The notes under the pieces were generated by a model. The model worked only from the letters and a program-made list of their open reading frames with translations. It did not search any database and was not told the DNA's origin. Both the position numbers and the translations under genes were made by a program. Shown one piece after another: positions 23,685 through 35,600 of a stretch of 64,000 nucleotides of DNA. Location of the stretch: contig OZ024741.1 of NCBI GenBank assembly GCA_964016885.1, positions 235,600,001 to 235,664,000 of the forward strand, given 5' to 3'. Origin of the DNA: Eledone cirrhosa (taxonomy: Eukaryota). The stretch's first letter is position 1. Every line of letters begins with the position of its first letter.

Positions 23685-24445
23685 GTTGTTGTTTAGCCCC
23701 AGGTCAACCCTGGAGGAGGTCATATTATTGCAGTTGCTATTGTTGTTTAGCCCCAGGTCAACCCTGACTGAATAAACCTATGATCAAATGTTCCAGCTGT
23801 GACCATCCTGTCATTTTTTAAGACATAGTGTATCTCGGACTACATTTTCCAATGTTTGTGTTATTGTTATTGTTGTTGTGGTTGTTTAGTCCCAGGCCAA
23901 GCCTGACTGTTTAGTCTGTTTTGACCTATGATTAAACATGGTTCCATCTGTGACTATTCTGTAATTCTATTCAGCCATAGTGTATCCAGAACTGCATCAT
24001 CTGTTAGTGTTGTGGTTTAACCCTAGGCCTTCAAAGTCAAAGACATTCTAGCTGTGACCACTGTGTCATTTATACATTGTGTATCTAAGACTACATCATC
24101 AAAAGTTTGTGTTATTGTTGTGGTTGTTTAGCCCCAGGTCAAGCCCAACTGAACGGACCTACGATCAAAAGTGTACCAGCTATGACCACCCTGTTATTTT
24201 ACAGAAATGATTTATCTAAGACTACATCATTGAATGTTTGTGTTATTGTTATTGTTGTTGTGGTTGTTTAGCTCAGGTCAAGCCAAACTGAATGGACCTA
24301 TAATCAAAGGTGTTCCAGCCATGACTATCCCATTATTTGTTTAATCAATGTATCTAAGGCTACATTATCTACTGCGTCCTACATTCTTTTAAAAGCAGTA
24401 TAATGTAGGTTTTGAGTGAGATTTGGTTGTTATTTCTAGCTATTT
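23685..24445. repeat. Degenerate tandem array (about 110-140 bp, about 5 units) of an old dispersed repeat
   Basis: Recurrent TTGTTTAGCCCCAGGTCAA...ACCTATGATCAAA...CCAGCTGTGACCA. Similar pieces occur near 15420, 18330, 43550 and 51755. Confidence 0.7.
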
Positions 24446-24884
24446 TCATTTTTCTGGTGATTGATGTCTTTTGTAAACCTCATGATGGATGTATAGACAA
24501 ACAACGTAAGTATTCTACATACACTAGTTGATAAATATATATATATATATGTGTGTGTGTGTGAAGGGGATATTCTATTGATTTTTATGTAAATGTGTGA
24601 AGATAGATTGTATGTTTAGGTGTCAAAATAGACAGCGCTGAAGCATACACACACACTCATACACATATCCTATATATGTGTGTATGAATACATGGATGTG
24701 TACATACAAACATATATAGTAGATAGACATACACAAAGCAAGGCAGTGTAATTAAATTGAATTAAATTGACAGATATTTTATTATGAAAAACAGGCTTAT
24801 AATGTTTTTATGTAAGTACTTATATATATATATTTGTATGTAGACATACACACATATATGTATATAGAGAAAGAATGAAAGAGG

Positions 24885-25650
24885 TAGCTAGCCCACTCTG
24901 TAAAGTGGTTGTGTAGGAGTCACAACAAAAAGCACCCACCACACACTGTAAGTGTGGTGGGTGTTAGGAAGGGCATCCATCCATAGAAACCAAGCCAGAA
25001 ACAGTTCTGTATGAGCAAGACATGGTCACCTGACAACTTGCCTCAAATGGGACAACCCATCTAATGCATGCTAGCGTGGAAAAATGGATGTTAAACGGTA
25101 ATGATGATGATGATATATATATATACTACCTGGGTGACCAAATTAACAGTGGAGGTGAGTGAGAATAAGATGAAAGAAGTTCAGGGAGGTACTACCTCTG
25201 CTAGCTACAAAAGGCTTTTCCCTCAAAATGAAGGGCAGATTGTATGATGCATGTATACTAAAAGCAATGTTGCATGGCTGTAAGACCTGGGCACTGCGTG
25301 CTGAGGACCTATGAAGATTGGAAAGCTTGCATGTTTCGATGGATGTGTTTAGCAATATACATGAATGGCAAAGCATAAATGAACTGAGAGAGAAACTAGC
25401 CATAAAAGGAATCAGATGCAGTGGGCAAGAGAGGAGATTGCGTTGGTATGGACATGTGATGCGTATGAAGGATGACATATAAAAACGAGCAGAGCATTCA
25501 ATATTGATGGAAGCTATGGAGTAGGAAGACCCAGGAAGATTTGTTGGGATAAGGTGATAAAAGTTGGCCTTACACAATTGCACCTCTCAAAGACAATGAC
25601 ACAGGATCGAGATCTCTGGCATTACACAGTAATACAGAAGACCTGCCTTT
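24885..25650 (+). mobile_element. SINE B-type 3' part followed by a decayed RTE LINE 3' fragment
   Basis: 24885-25113 ends in a (TGA)n tail. 25132-25650 aligns with RTE 48050-48590 (KKFREVLPLLATKGFSLKMKGRLYDAC). Confidence 0.78.
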
Positions 25651-26699
25651 CCATTAGCACAGGGTGAGGCATACATCTAGTATTCAGCACCTTCACCTCT
25701 ATCTCCCTTCCATATACCTCCCCTGTCCTAACACTCCACTCCTCACACATACACACATGCCCCTATACCCACCTCCCTAATCCCCACACACCTCCCCAAC
25801 CAAAGTCCCCAACCCACATTGCAAAGTGGTAGTGACAACAACCCCCCACCCCCATATGACCCCCACCCCACACAGACACAAATATCTACCCCATCAAAGT
25901 CCCCAACATGAATAAGTCACTGTCAACTAACCAACTACCATGGCTGTGCCTACAAACCTTCATTCAATGCATAGCATTATTGAATGTGTGGCATATGGAG
26001 GCTCTCAATCGACAGCCTCCATATCAAATCTTTGTTCATATTTTTCCATAACCCAAAAGTTGATTACTAAACCTTTTAAATCGTTTATGTTAATTACACC
26101 TGATGACTTCACCAAATGACTTTCGTCATGATCTCATGATGTAAGCCGACCATAGAAATACGTATTGTAGCTTTATATAACATTAAAGGAATATATTGGA
26201 ATCCGGCCTTCTTTTATCATTGAGTATCATTATCATCAATATCATCATTTAAAGTCCACTAGCATGGGTTAGACGGTATATATATATATATATATAAGTT
26301 AAAACAATGAAATAAAAAGTCATTAGAGATATACTTCACTGCTTTACGATCGTTTCTAGATGGTGATAATACATTGTACCTATACTCAGTTATTGATCTA
26401 TGTAAGTTTTACAAACTATCAGATAGAGAGAATATTTACTTACATGCATATCACCAGCTGTTTTCAAAAGCAATAATAATTTTATTCAATAATAATTTTA
26501 CTCCGAATTAGTATCATGTCCATATTTGGAGGTAGTTGAAGAACTAACGAATCAAATTGTTTTTTTCAAATGGTGTTAAGATGAAAAGTAATACACTTTA
26601 GTTGAGGTCATGACCCTTTGAAAGGAATGGTTGAAAGGTGTTAGTAGAAATGGCATAAAAATCTGTTAGGAAGGAAGGGGACAACTTACAGTGGATACT

Positions 26700-26732
<33 letters not shown>

Positions 26733-26739
<7 letters not shown>

Positions 26740-27915
26740 TAAAGTTAGTCCTTCATCAGTGATCTTCCAACCATCATTGGTATTTCATCGCTTTAAAGAC
26801 CATATACCTCCGGTTGGTGCGAGCAACGGCTAAAAAAAGTCGTTGGGACAAGTAAATAAAGGGAACACAAGTGTAAACAAACAAAAATGGTGAAGCAACG
26901 AAAAGTGAGGAAGAAGGAGTCAAGTCCCAAATTTCTATGAATTTAAATTCGGTGAAATCGTGAACGAGAGAGAATAAAGACCATCAAACCTGGTTGGAAT
27001 GTAAGCAAGGAAGGAATTCCGTACAGGTCTAACGGGAGGAAGAAGGGATCTAGTCTGTGATTTCGGTGAACGTAAGTTCTGTGAAATCGTAGACGAGAGA
27101 GAGAAAAAAAGCGACCTGCCTGACCAAGGATGCGAAAGAAAAGAATTACGCACAGGTCAAACGGGAAGAAGGAGGAGGAGGAAAGGTAGTAACAGAGAAT
27201 GAGTGAGTGAAGGGTGAGGAAGAGGCTAACAGAGAGAGTGACTGCTAGAGAGGGTAAAGATACAGAGAAAGAGGAAGCAGTAAGAACGAAATAGACGGGT
27301 CACAGCGGGGAAAAAAATATGTGTAAATATGAGAAAAACGTGCTGCGGGGTTGCTAATGGGTTACACAGTCACTCTCTCTGTTAGCCTCTTCCTCACCCT
27401 TCACTCACTCATTCTCTGTTACTACCTTTCCTCCTCCTCCTTCTTCCCGTTTGACCTGTGCGTAATTCTTTTCTTTCGCATCCTTGGTCAGGCAGGTCGC
27501 TTTTTTTCTCTCTCTCGTCTACGATTTCACAGAACTTATGTTCACCGAAATCACAGACTAGATCCCTTCTTCCCCCCGTTAGACCTGTGCGAAATTCCTT
27601 CCTTGCTTACATTCCAACCAGGTTTGATGGTCTTTATTCTCTCTCGTTCACGATTTCACCGAATTTAAATTCATAGAAATTTGGGACTTGACTCCTTCTT
27701 CCTCACTTTTCGTTGCTTCACCATTTTTGTTTGTTTACACTCGTGTTCCCTTTATTTACGTGTCCCAACGAGTTTTTTTAGCCGTTGCTCGCACCAACCG
27801 GAGGTATATGGTCTTTAAAGCGATGAAATACCAATGATGGTTGGAAGATCACTGATGAAGGACTAACTTTATTCATATGTAACCCATTAGCAACCCCGCA
27901 GCACGTTTTTCTCAT

Positions 27916-27917
<2 letters not shown>
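26733..27917. mobile_element. Inverted, circularly permuted duplication of a ~634-bp LTR/pLTR-like unit between (TA)n tracts
   Basis: 26733-27244 is the reverse complement of 27367-27878, and 27327-27365 of 27879-27917, with few mismatches. A diverged third copy lies at about 55900-56095. Confidence 0.8.
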
Positions 27918-28006
<89 letters not shown>

Positions 28007-28007
<1 letters not shown>

Positions 28008-28182
28008 GAGGGCAATCCCAAAAGTAAGGTCTCCTTCCGATATTGCAACTTTTCCTTTAAAATCCTGTGGATGGTGCTTCAGGAAACCTCAGGAACCAAA
28101 ATGCAGAGAGCATCCAGAGTGATCCGCCGATCTTTGCGCATGTTTTCTTCGGAAGTAGACCTTACTTTTGGGATTGCCCTCG
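28007..28182. mobile_element. mariner-type MITE
   Basis: 26-bp TIRs CGAGGGCAATCCCAAAAGTAAGGTCT flanked by TA. Confidence 0.85.
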
Positions 28183-28184
28183 TA

Positions 28185-28404
28185 TATAATAACTGCGCGA
28201 AATTCGCACTTGGCGGTAGCGTTCAACGGGAGCTCCATTCTCATCGGCTGCCAAGCCAAGTTTGAGGATCCCAGCGAAGCGTGTGCATGCTTGTTTGGGA
28301 GGGGAGGGAAGGAAGCATCAATCACAACAGTCTTGCCAACAGCCGTACGAAACGTTTCTCTGCGTCCCCATCGCTTTGGAGACCTTACTTTTAGGATTAC
28401 CCTC

Positions 28405-28405
<1 letters not shown>
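28185..28405 (-). mobile_element. 5' end of a related mariner element (one TIR plus transposase start)
   Basis: Related TIR at 28380-28405. The minus strand reads MELPLNATAKCEFRAVI, resembling a mariner transposase N-terminus, and stops at the MITE. Confidence 0.6.
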
Positions 28406-28442
<37 letters not shown>

Positions 28443-28784
28443 ATTAAAATACCGGAGCGTGTTGGAGTTAAACACCCTCTTCGTATTATAGAAATGACAG
28501 TAAAAGGTATAGCTCAATGTAATTAAACAGAGCCGAAGAATTATGAAAATAAAACAAAGAAGCCTTCAATACATCAAAAGTCTTTAAGGACTCATCAGGG
28601 CAATCAAAACCACAAGAAGTACTATCGGCCAATACAAGCCGAATTTTCATAATATAAATATATATATATATATATTTAACTAGAAAGGGAACAACACAAA
28701 ATATAACTACTCCATTACCAAAGGTTTCTGGATCCCAGACAATATTAATATACGTCTGGATCGGTCATCAGGCATATATATATA

Positions 28785-29491
28785 TATGTGTATTACTAAA
28801 ACTCTGTGATTGCTTGCTTGTCTATAATGTAATACAGCCAAAACGGCGCATAATGGGAAAATACATTGAAAGGAAGTTGCCCCTGAAATGGGAATACAAA
28901 TGGAATAAAACAAGTTTTGTGTAAATCAAAGCATGGGTTCCCGAGATATGGGGTTTTCTGGGTACCTTCATAAACAGAGAGAGAGAGAAGGATAGAGAAG
29001 GATAGAGAGAAAGAGATAGGGGTTGTGAGAGAGTAGCTTGAAAGAGAGACATAGAAAGAGGGAGAGGAGACAGAGAAGGAGAATGGAAGAGAGAGAGCTG
29101 GTGTTGTTGTGTATATATGTATATATATGTGTGTGTGTGTCTATGACCAGTGTATATAGATTACAGACACCCACATATATATATACACACACACATACTT
29201 ATATATGTGTACACACACACACATTTATATATATACACACACACATACTTATATATGTATACACACACACACATTTATATATATACACACACACATACTT
29301 ATATATGTATACACACATACACATTTATATTTATACATACACACATGTATATATACGGGCCTTCCAGTTTCATTTCACATTATATACATGTCTGTGTATA
29401 TTTTAATTATATAAAAATTATTTTTAAGTGAACATGATTTTTTAAAAATATTTTGAAGTGAATGTGACCCAATGGGTCACGGGTGGTCTAG
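28785..29491 (+). mobile_element. Probable non-autonomous Helitron
   Basis: 3' hallmark: hairpin GTGACCC-AAT-GGGTCAC (29464-29480), then CTAG|T at 29488-29491. Internal microsatellites. 5' boundary uncertain. Confidence 0.55.
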
Positions 29492-30094
29492 TATATATAT
29501 ATATGAATGTATGCAAAAAGTAAACAGAAACAACAAAGCAAACAACACAGTACGATGAAGAAATATTTTGGGAAAAGAGTCTTTACGTTTCAGACACTAG
29601 TCCTTCATTAGAGGATAGAATGAGAAATAAAAGATGAAATAGAAAGAGTGAGAAGGGGACGGAACTGAAATAATGTTTTTTTTTTTAGGGAAAGCATATG
29701 TGTATTCAGTCAGCCATTTTGGATATATATATATGTATATGCAGATATATATAAATATATACAAACCATCTAACCCATGCTAGCGTGGAGAATGGATGTT
29801 AAACGACGATGATGAAGATGAAATCAAGTTATAAAGCATTTTTTTAAATTTCATAAAAGAAAATTTTTTTAATTTTAAAATTTAAGATTTTGAATTTCTA
29901 TGACTCCGGGACGAAGTTTAGGTTGGCTGAAACATATGTTAGTTTGAAAATGCATTAATTCGTTGGTGTTTTTAAAATTAGTGTATCATGTTTAATATAG
30001 ATATGGCTTCTACAAGTCTCTACTAATGTATTGAGTACCTTATTAACTGTGGTTACTCCTGATTGAACCCTGGACTCATATATATATATATGCA

Positions 30095-30401
30095 ATTGAA
30101 AGGTTGTTAGTTCAATTCTCAGACCGGGTGATGTGTTGTTTCCTTGAGCAAGACACTTTACTTCACATTGCTCCAGTTTACTCAGCTGTAGAAATGAGAT
30201 GATAGGGACTGGGGTCCCTATCGTTCCACTGCACAGTGGTCGTGGAGGTGCCACGGCAAAAAAGCACCCAGCACTCACTGTAAATGAGGTTGGTGTTAGG
30301 AAGGGCATCCAGCTGTAGAAATCAAGCCAGAATCAGTTCCAGTCTCACCCATGCAAGCAGGGAAAAGCGGACGTAAAAATGATGATGATGATGATGATGA
30401 T
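30095..30401 (+). mobile_element. SINE family B, 5'-truncated
   Basis: Near-identical to the reverse complement of 9511-9822, with a (GAT)n tail. Confidence 0.88.
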
Positions 30402-31483
30402 ATATATACATATATATATATTGTTATACTTGGAGAGGGTCATATTTGTGTAATAATATTGCCAGAATTAATAACAGAACACACTCACTGTTTGGTTGGT
30501 TTTCGCTTCTGTGTCTTTTATATCGGTTAATTTAATTTATTCGGTCCTCAATGTTGCCATTGACTGACCAACGGTCAAAAATACAGATACAATATAGACA
30601 CAAACACATATATATAGTCTATCAAAGTTCTTTCGTTGCACATCTGGAACATCGTCAGTGGTGCTATTATGTTTCTCCCCGTTGCATTGTATGCTTACGC
30701 CATCTTTATTTAGTCTGTTTATTTATTTATTTGTTTGTTTGTTTTTTTGTCTTCTCTGCGCATGCGTTTGCGTGTGTGTATAGTGTTTTGTTTGATGTGT
30801 GTTCTTGTTTGGGTGACTGTGTATTGGTTAATGTATTCTATCTTAGTTTACTAGTGTGTGTTTATATGTGTTTGTTGTTATTGTGCTTGTGTATGTATTT
30901 ATTTATTTATTTATTTATACTTCTCTTAGGTCAGTGTTGTTTGTTTGGGTGTTGTTATTCCATTCATTTTTTCTGTTTAGCCTTGGCCTTCTAAGTTCTA
31001 TTTCGCTGGCCTCTCTCATTTGACTATCTGCTGGGTCATTTCTATGTTTAGATATTATTCTAACTTCTATGTTGTCTATGTTACCATTGTGTTGTTGTCT
31101 GGCATGATCGTATATATATATATATATATACACACATAAGGAAGCAGAGAGGTGGTTCAACATTCAGCCCCCCCCCCCCTTACCCCTGCCTGTTAGTATA
31201 TACTCTTTTGCTTGTCACTCACCCATGAAGTGAAAATTAAGCCAGGAATTCCTTTGATCATATATCTGTCTCATCAGAACTCACCTGGTGCTAAACAATA
31301 GCAACACTTTTAAACATTCCATCCCCCACCACCATGACAATAATATCCACCACCACCATGACAATAACCATCACCACCAACAATGATAATAATAACCACC
31401 ACCATCACCACCATCACATGCTGGTGGTGGTTATATACTGTATATATATATATATATATATATATATCCATGAGAGGTCAGGG

Positions 31484-31530
<47 letters not shown>

Positions 31531-31653
31531 GGAGGTGAGTTTTATTGTAGTACAATAAAGCAATGCAGATATCGGATAAGAAGCACTCTACAGTTTGTGG
31601 GACTGGAGTATGCATAATATAAGATCAAAAGATGGTTAAAGGAGTTCCATATA

Positions 31654-31720
31654 TTTTATTATGCGCATTTCAAAAACAAACATCATCATGCAATAATATT
31701 TGTGTTTTCATCAGATAAAA
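31654..31720 (-). ncRNA. Type I hammerhead ribozyme motif (mirror copy in the palindrome)
   Basis: Reverse complement of 31850-31916. Confidence 0.7.
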
Positions 31721-31849
31721 CAGGAGAACATGATATGAAGGCTAAAAAACACTTGTGGATAGTGCAGTTTTAAATCAACATATATGATATGTTGATTTAA
31801 AACTGCACTATCCACAAGTGTTTTTTAGCCTTCATATCATGTTCTCCTG

Positions 31850-31916
31850 TTTTATCTGATGAAAACACAAATATTATTGCATGATGATGTTTGTTTTTGA
31901 AATGCGCATAATAAAA
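31850..31916 (+). ncRNA. Type I hammerhead ribozyme motif
   Basis: Stem I TTTTAT/ATAAAA; core CTGATGA (31856-31862); long A/T/G-U stem II; GAAA (31899-31902); palindromic stem III ATGCGCAT; NUH = ATA, with predicted cut after 31910. Confidence 0.72.
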
Positions 31917-32261
31917 TATATGGAACTCCTTTAACCATCTTTTGATCTTATATTATATATATATATATATATCAAGGGCGGTGCCCCAGCATGGCCTCAG
32001 CCGGATGGCTGAAACAGGTAAAAGAGTATATATATATACATGAGAGGTCAGGGCTGTGATGGTTAAGTGTTTTTGGTCAAGCTGGTATTGGTGATAGTAT
32101 GTGATAGAATGTTGATAAGAGTTGTTGTCATCCCATTTTTTTCCGATACACTGTATCTCAGACAAAATTATCCAAACTATCCTTTCTTTACTTAGAAGGT
32201 TGTGTGTGTGACTTTGGTGAGATTTGGTTGACATTTCTAGCAGGCTTAGCAAAACAGTACC

Positions 32262-32292
<31 letters not shown>

Positions 32293-32639
32293 ACAAAAAA
32301 CAAAAAAAAATTAAAATTTTTGATATAATTTTTTTATGTAGAAATAATTTCGGCTTGTCTTTTTATTTCGATCAAATCATTTTAAATTTATTATAAACTT
32401 TACTAAAATTTACTAAAATAAATAATATATATATATATCCTGTTATAAAAATAAGTTTCTTTACTAAGTTTATTTACTAAAACATAAATTGTTATATCGA
32501 GATTTAAATAATTATCAAGTGAAGTGAAATCATAATTAGAAAAGGTAGAAAGTTGATAAAAAGTTGAATATAAAAATTTGAAGCAAGAAAAAGAAAAAAT
32601 TATGTTAGGAAACTACTCTTCTTTTTTATGTATGAAATT

Positions 32640-35600
32640 TTGGAGGTGGTGTCATACACCAGTCCACATGTCATGGAGGTGTTGTCATACACCAGTCCAC
32701 ATTACATGGAGGTGTTGTCATACACAAGTCCTCCTGACATGGAGGTGCTGTCATACACCAGTCCACATTACATGGAGGTGTTGTCATACACAAGCCCTCC
32801 TGACATGGAGGTGTTGTTATACACCAGTCCACCTGGCATGGAGGTGGTGTCATACACCAGTCCACCTGACATGGAGGTGTTGTCATACACCAGTCCACCT
32901 GACATGGAGGTGGTGCCATACACCAGTCCACATGAAATGGAGGTGGTGTCATACACCAGTCCAGCAGTCATGGAGGTGGTGTCATCCACCAGTCCCCCTG
33001 GCATGGAGGTGTTGTCATCCACCAGTCCACCTGGCATGGAGGTGGTGTCATACACCAGTCCAGCTGTCATGGAGGTGGTGTCATACACCAGTCAACATGT
33101 CATGGAGGTCGTGTCATACACCAGTCCAGCTGACATGGAGGTGGTGTCATACACCAGTCCACATGACATGGAGGTGTTGTCTTACACCAGTCCACATGAC
33201 ATGAAGCTGGTGTCATACACCAGTCCCCCTGAAATGGAGGTGTTGTCATACACCAGTCCATGTGACATGGAGGTGTTGTCATACACCAGTCCCCCTGACA
33301 TGGAGGTGTTGTCATATACGAGTCGACCTGACATGGAGGTGGTGTCATACTACAGTCCACATGACATGGAGCTGTTGTTATACACCAGTCCACATGACAT
33401 GGAGGGGGGTGTCATACACCAGTCCACCTGACATGGAGGTGTTGTCATACACCAGTCCACCTGACATGGAGGTGGTGTCATACACCAGTCCACCTGACAT
33501 GGAGGGGGTGTCATACACCAGTCGCCCTGACATGGAGGTGTTGTCATACACCAGTCCACATGACATGGAGGTACTGTCATCTACCAGACCACCTGACATG
33601 GAGGTGGTGTCATACACCAGTCCCCCTGACATGGAGGTCGTGTCATACACCAGTCCACCTGACATGGAGATGTTGTTATACACCAGTCCACATGACATGG
33701 AGGTGGTGTGATACACCAGTCCACATGTCATGGAGGTGGTGTCATACACCAGTCCACCTGACATAGAGGTGGTGTCATACACCAGTCTCCCTGACATGGA
33801 GGTGTTGTCATACACCAGTCCCCCTGACATGGAGGTGTTGTCATACACCAGTCCACATGACATGGAGGTGTTGTCATACATCAGTTCTCATCACATGGAG
33901 GGGGTGTCATACACCAGTCCCCCTGACATGGAGGTGGTGTCATACACCAGTCCACCTGACATGGAGGTGTTGTCATACACCAGTCCCCCTGACATGGAGG
34001 TGGTGTCATACACCAGTTACCCTGACATGGAGGTGTTGTCATACACCAGTCCAGCTGACATGGAGGTGTTGTCATACACCAGTCCAGCTGACATGGAGGT
34101 GTTGTCATACACCAGTCCAGCTGACATGGAGGTGTTGTCATACACCAGTCCACCTGACATGGAGGTGTTGTCATACACCAGTCCAGCTGACATGGAGGTG
34201 TTGTCATACACCAGTCCACATGACATGGAGGTGTAGTTATACACCACTCCACCTGACATGGAGGTGTTGTCATACACCAGTCCACATGACATGGAGGTGT
34301 AGTTATACACCAGTCCACATGACATGGAGGTGTTGTCTTACAACTGTCCACATGACATGGAGGTGTTGTCATACACCAGTCCAGCTGTCATGGAGGTGGT
34401 GTCATACACCAGTCCACATGACATGGAGGTGGTGTCATACACCAGTCCACATGTCATGGAGGTGCTGTCATACACCAGTCCACATGACATGGAGGTGTTG
34501 TCATACACCAGTCCACCTGACATGGAGGTGTTGTTATACACCAGTCCACCTGGCATGGAGGTGGTGTCATACACCAGTCCACCTGACATGGAGGTGTTGT
34601 CATACACCAGTCCACCTGACATGGAGGTGTTGTCATACACCAGTTCACATGACATGGAGGTGGTGCCATACACCAGTTCACATGACATGGAGGTGGTGTC
34701 ATACACCAGTCCAGCTGTCATGGAGGTGGTGTCATCCACCAGTCCACATGACATGGAGGTGTTGTCATCCACCAGTTCACCTGGCATGGAGGTGGTGTCA
34801 TACACCAGTCCACCTGACATGGAGGTGGTGTCATACACCAGTCAACATGTCATGGAGGTCGTGTCATACACCAGTCCAGCTGACATGGAGGTGGTGTCAT
34901 ACACCAATCCACATGACATGGAGGTGGTGTCATACACCAGTCCCCCTGACATGGAGGTGTTGTCATATACGAGTCGACCTGACATGGAGGTGGTGTCATA
35001 CTACAGTCCCCCTGACATGGAGGTGGTATCATACTACAGTCCACATGACATGGAGCTGTTGTCATACACCAGTCCACATGACATGGAGGGGGGTGTCATA
35101 CACCAGTCACCCTGACATGGAGGTGTTGTCATACACCAGTCCACATGACATGGAGGTACTGTCATCTACGAGACCACCTGACATGGAGGTGGTCTCATAC
35201 ACCAGTCCCCCTGACATGGAGGTCGTGTCATACACCAGTCCACCTGACATGGAGGTGTTGTTATACACCAGTCCACATGACATGGAGGTGGTGTGATACA
35301 CCAGTCCACATGTCATGGAGATGGTGTCATACACCAGTCCATCTGACATGGAGGTGGTGTCATACACCAGTCTCCCTGACATGGAGGTGTTGTCATACAC
35401 CAGTCCCCATGACATGGAGGTGTTGTCATACACTAGTCCCCCTGACATGGAGGTGGTGTCATACACCAGTCACCCTGACATGGAGGTGGTGTCGTACACC
35501 AGTCCACCTGACATGGAGGTGTTGTCATACACCAGTCCACATGTCATGCAGGTGTTGTCTTACACCAGTCTAGCTGACATGGAGGTGTTGTCATTCACCA

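Larger units (their letters stand above)
31614..31956. repeat. Palindrome with 170-bp arms and 3-nt loop
   Basis: 31614-31783 is the reverse complement of 31787-31956, with no mismatch seen by eye. Loop ATG. Confidence 0.95.

Noticed and set aside
23508-23775. Poly-E and poly-S ORFs
   Set aside because: Translations of (GAA)27.
27820-27870. GAAA...CTGATGAAGGAC as a permuted hammerhead
   Set aside because: Stem III and the NUH site cannot be formed. In the 55940 copy CTGAT is tied up in another hairpin.
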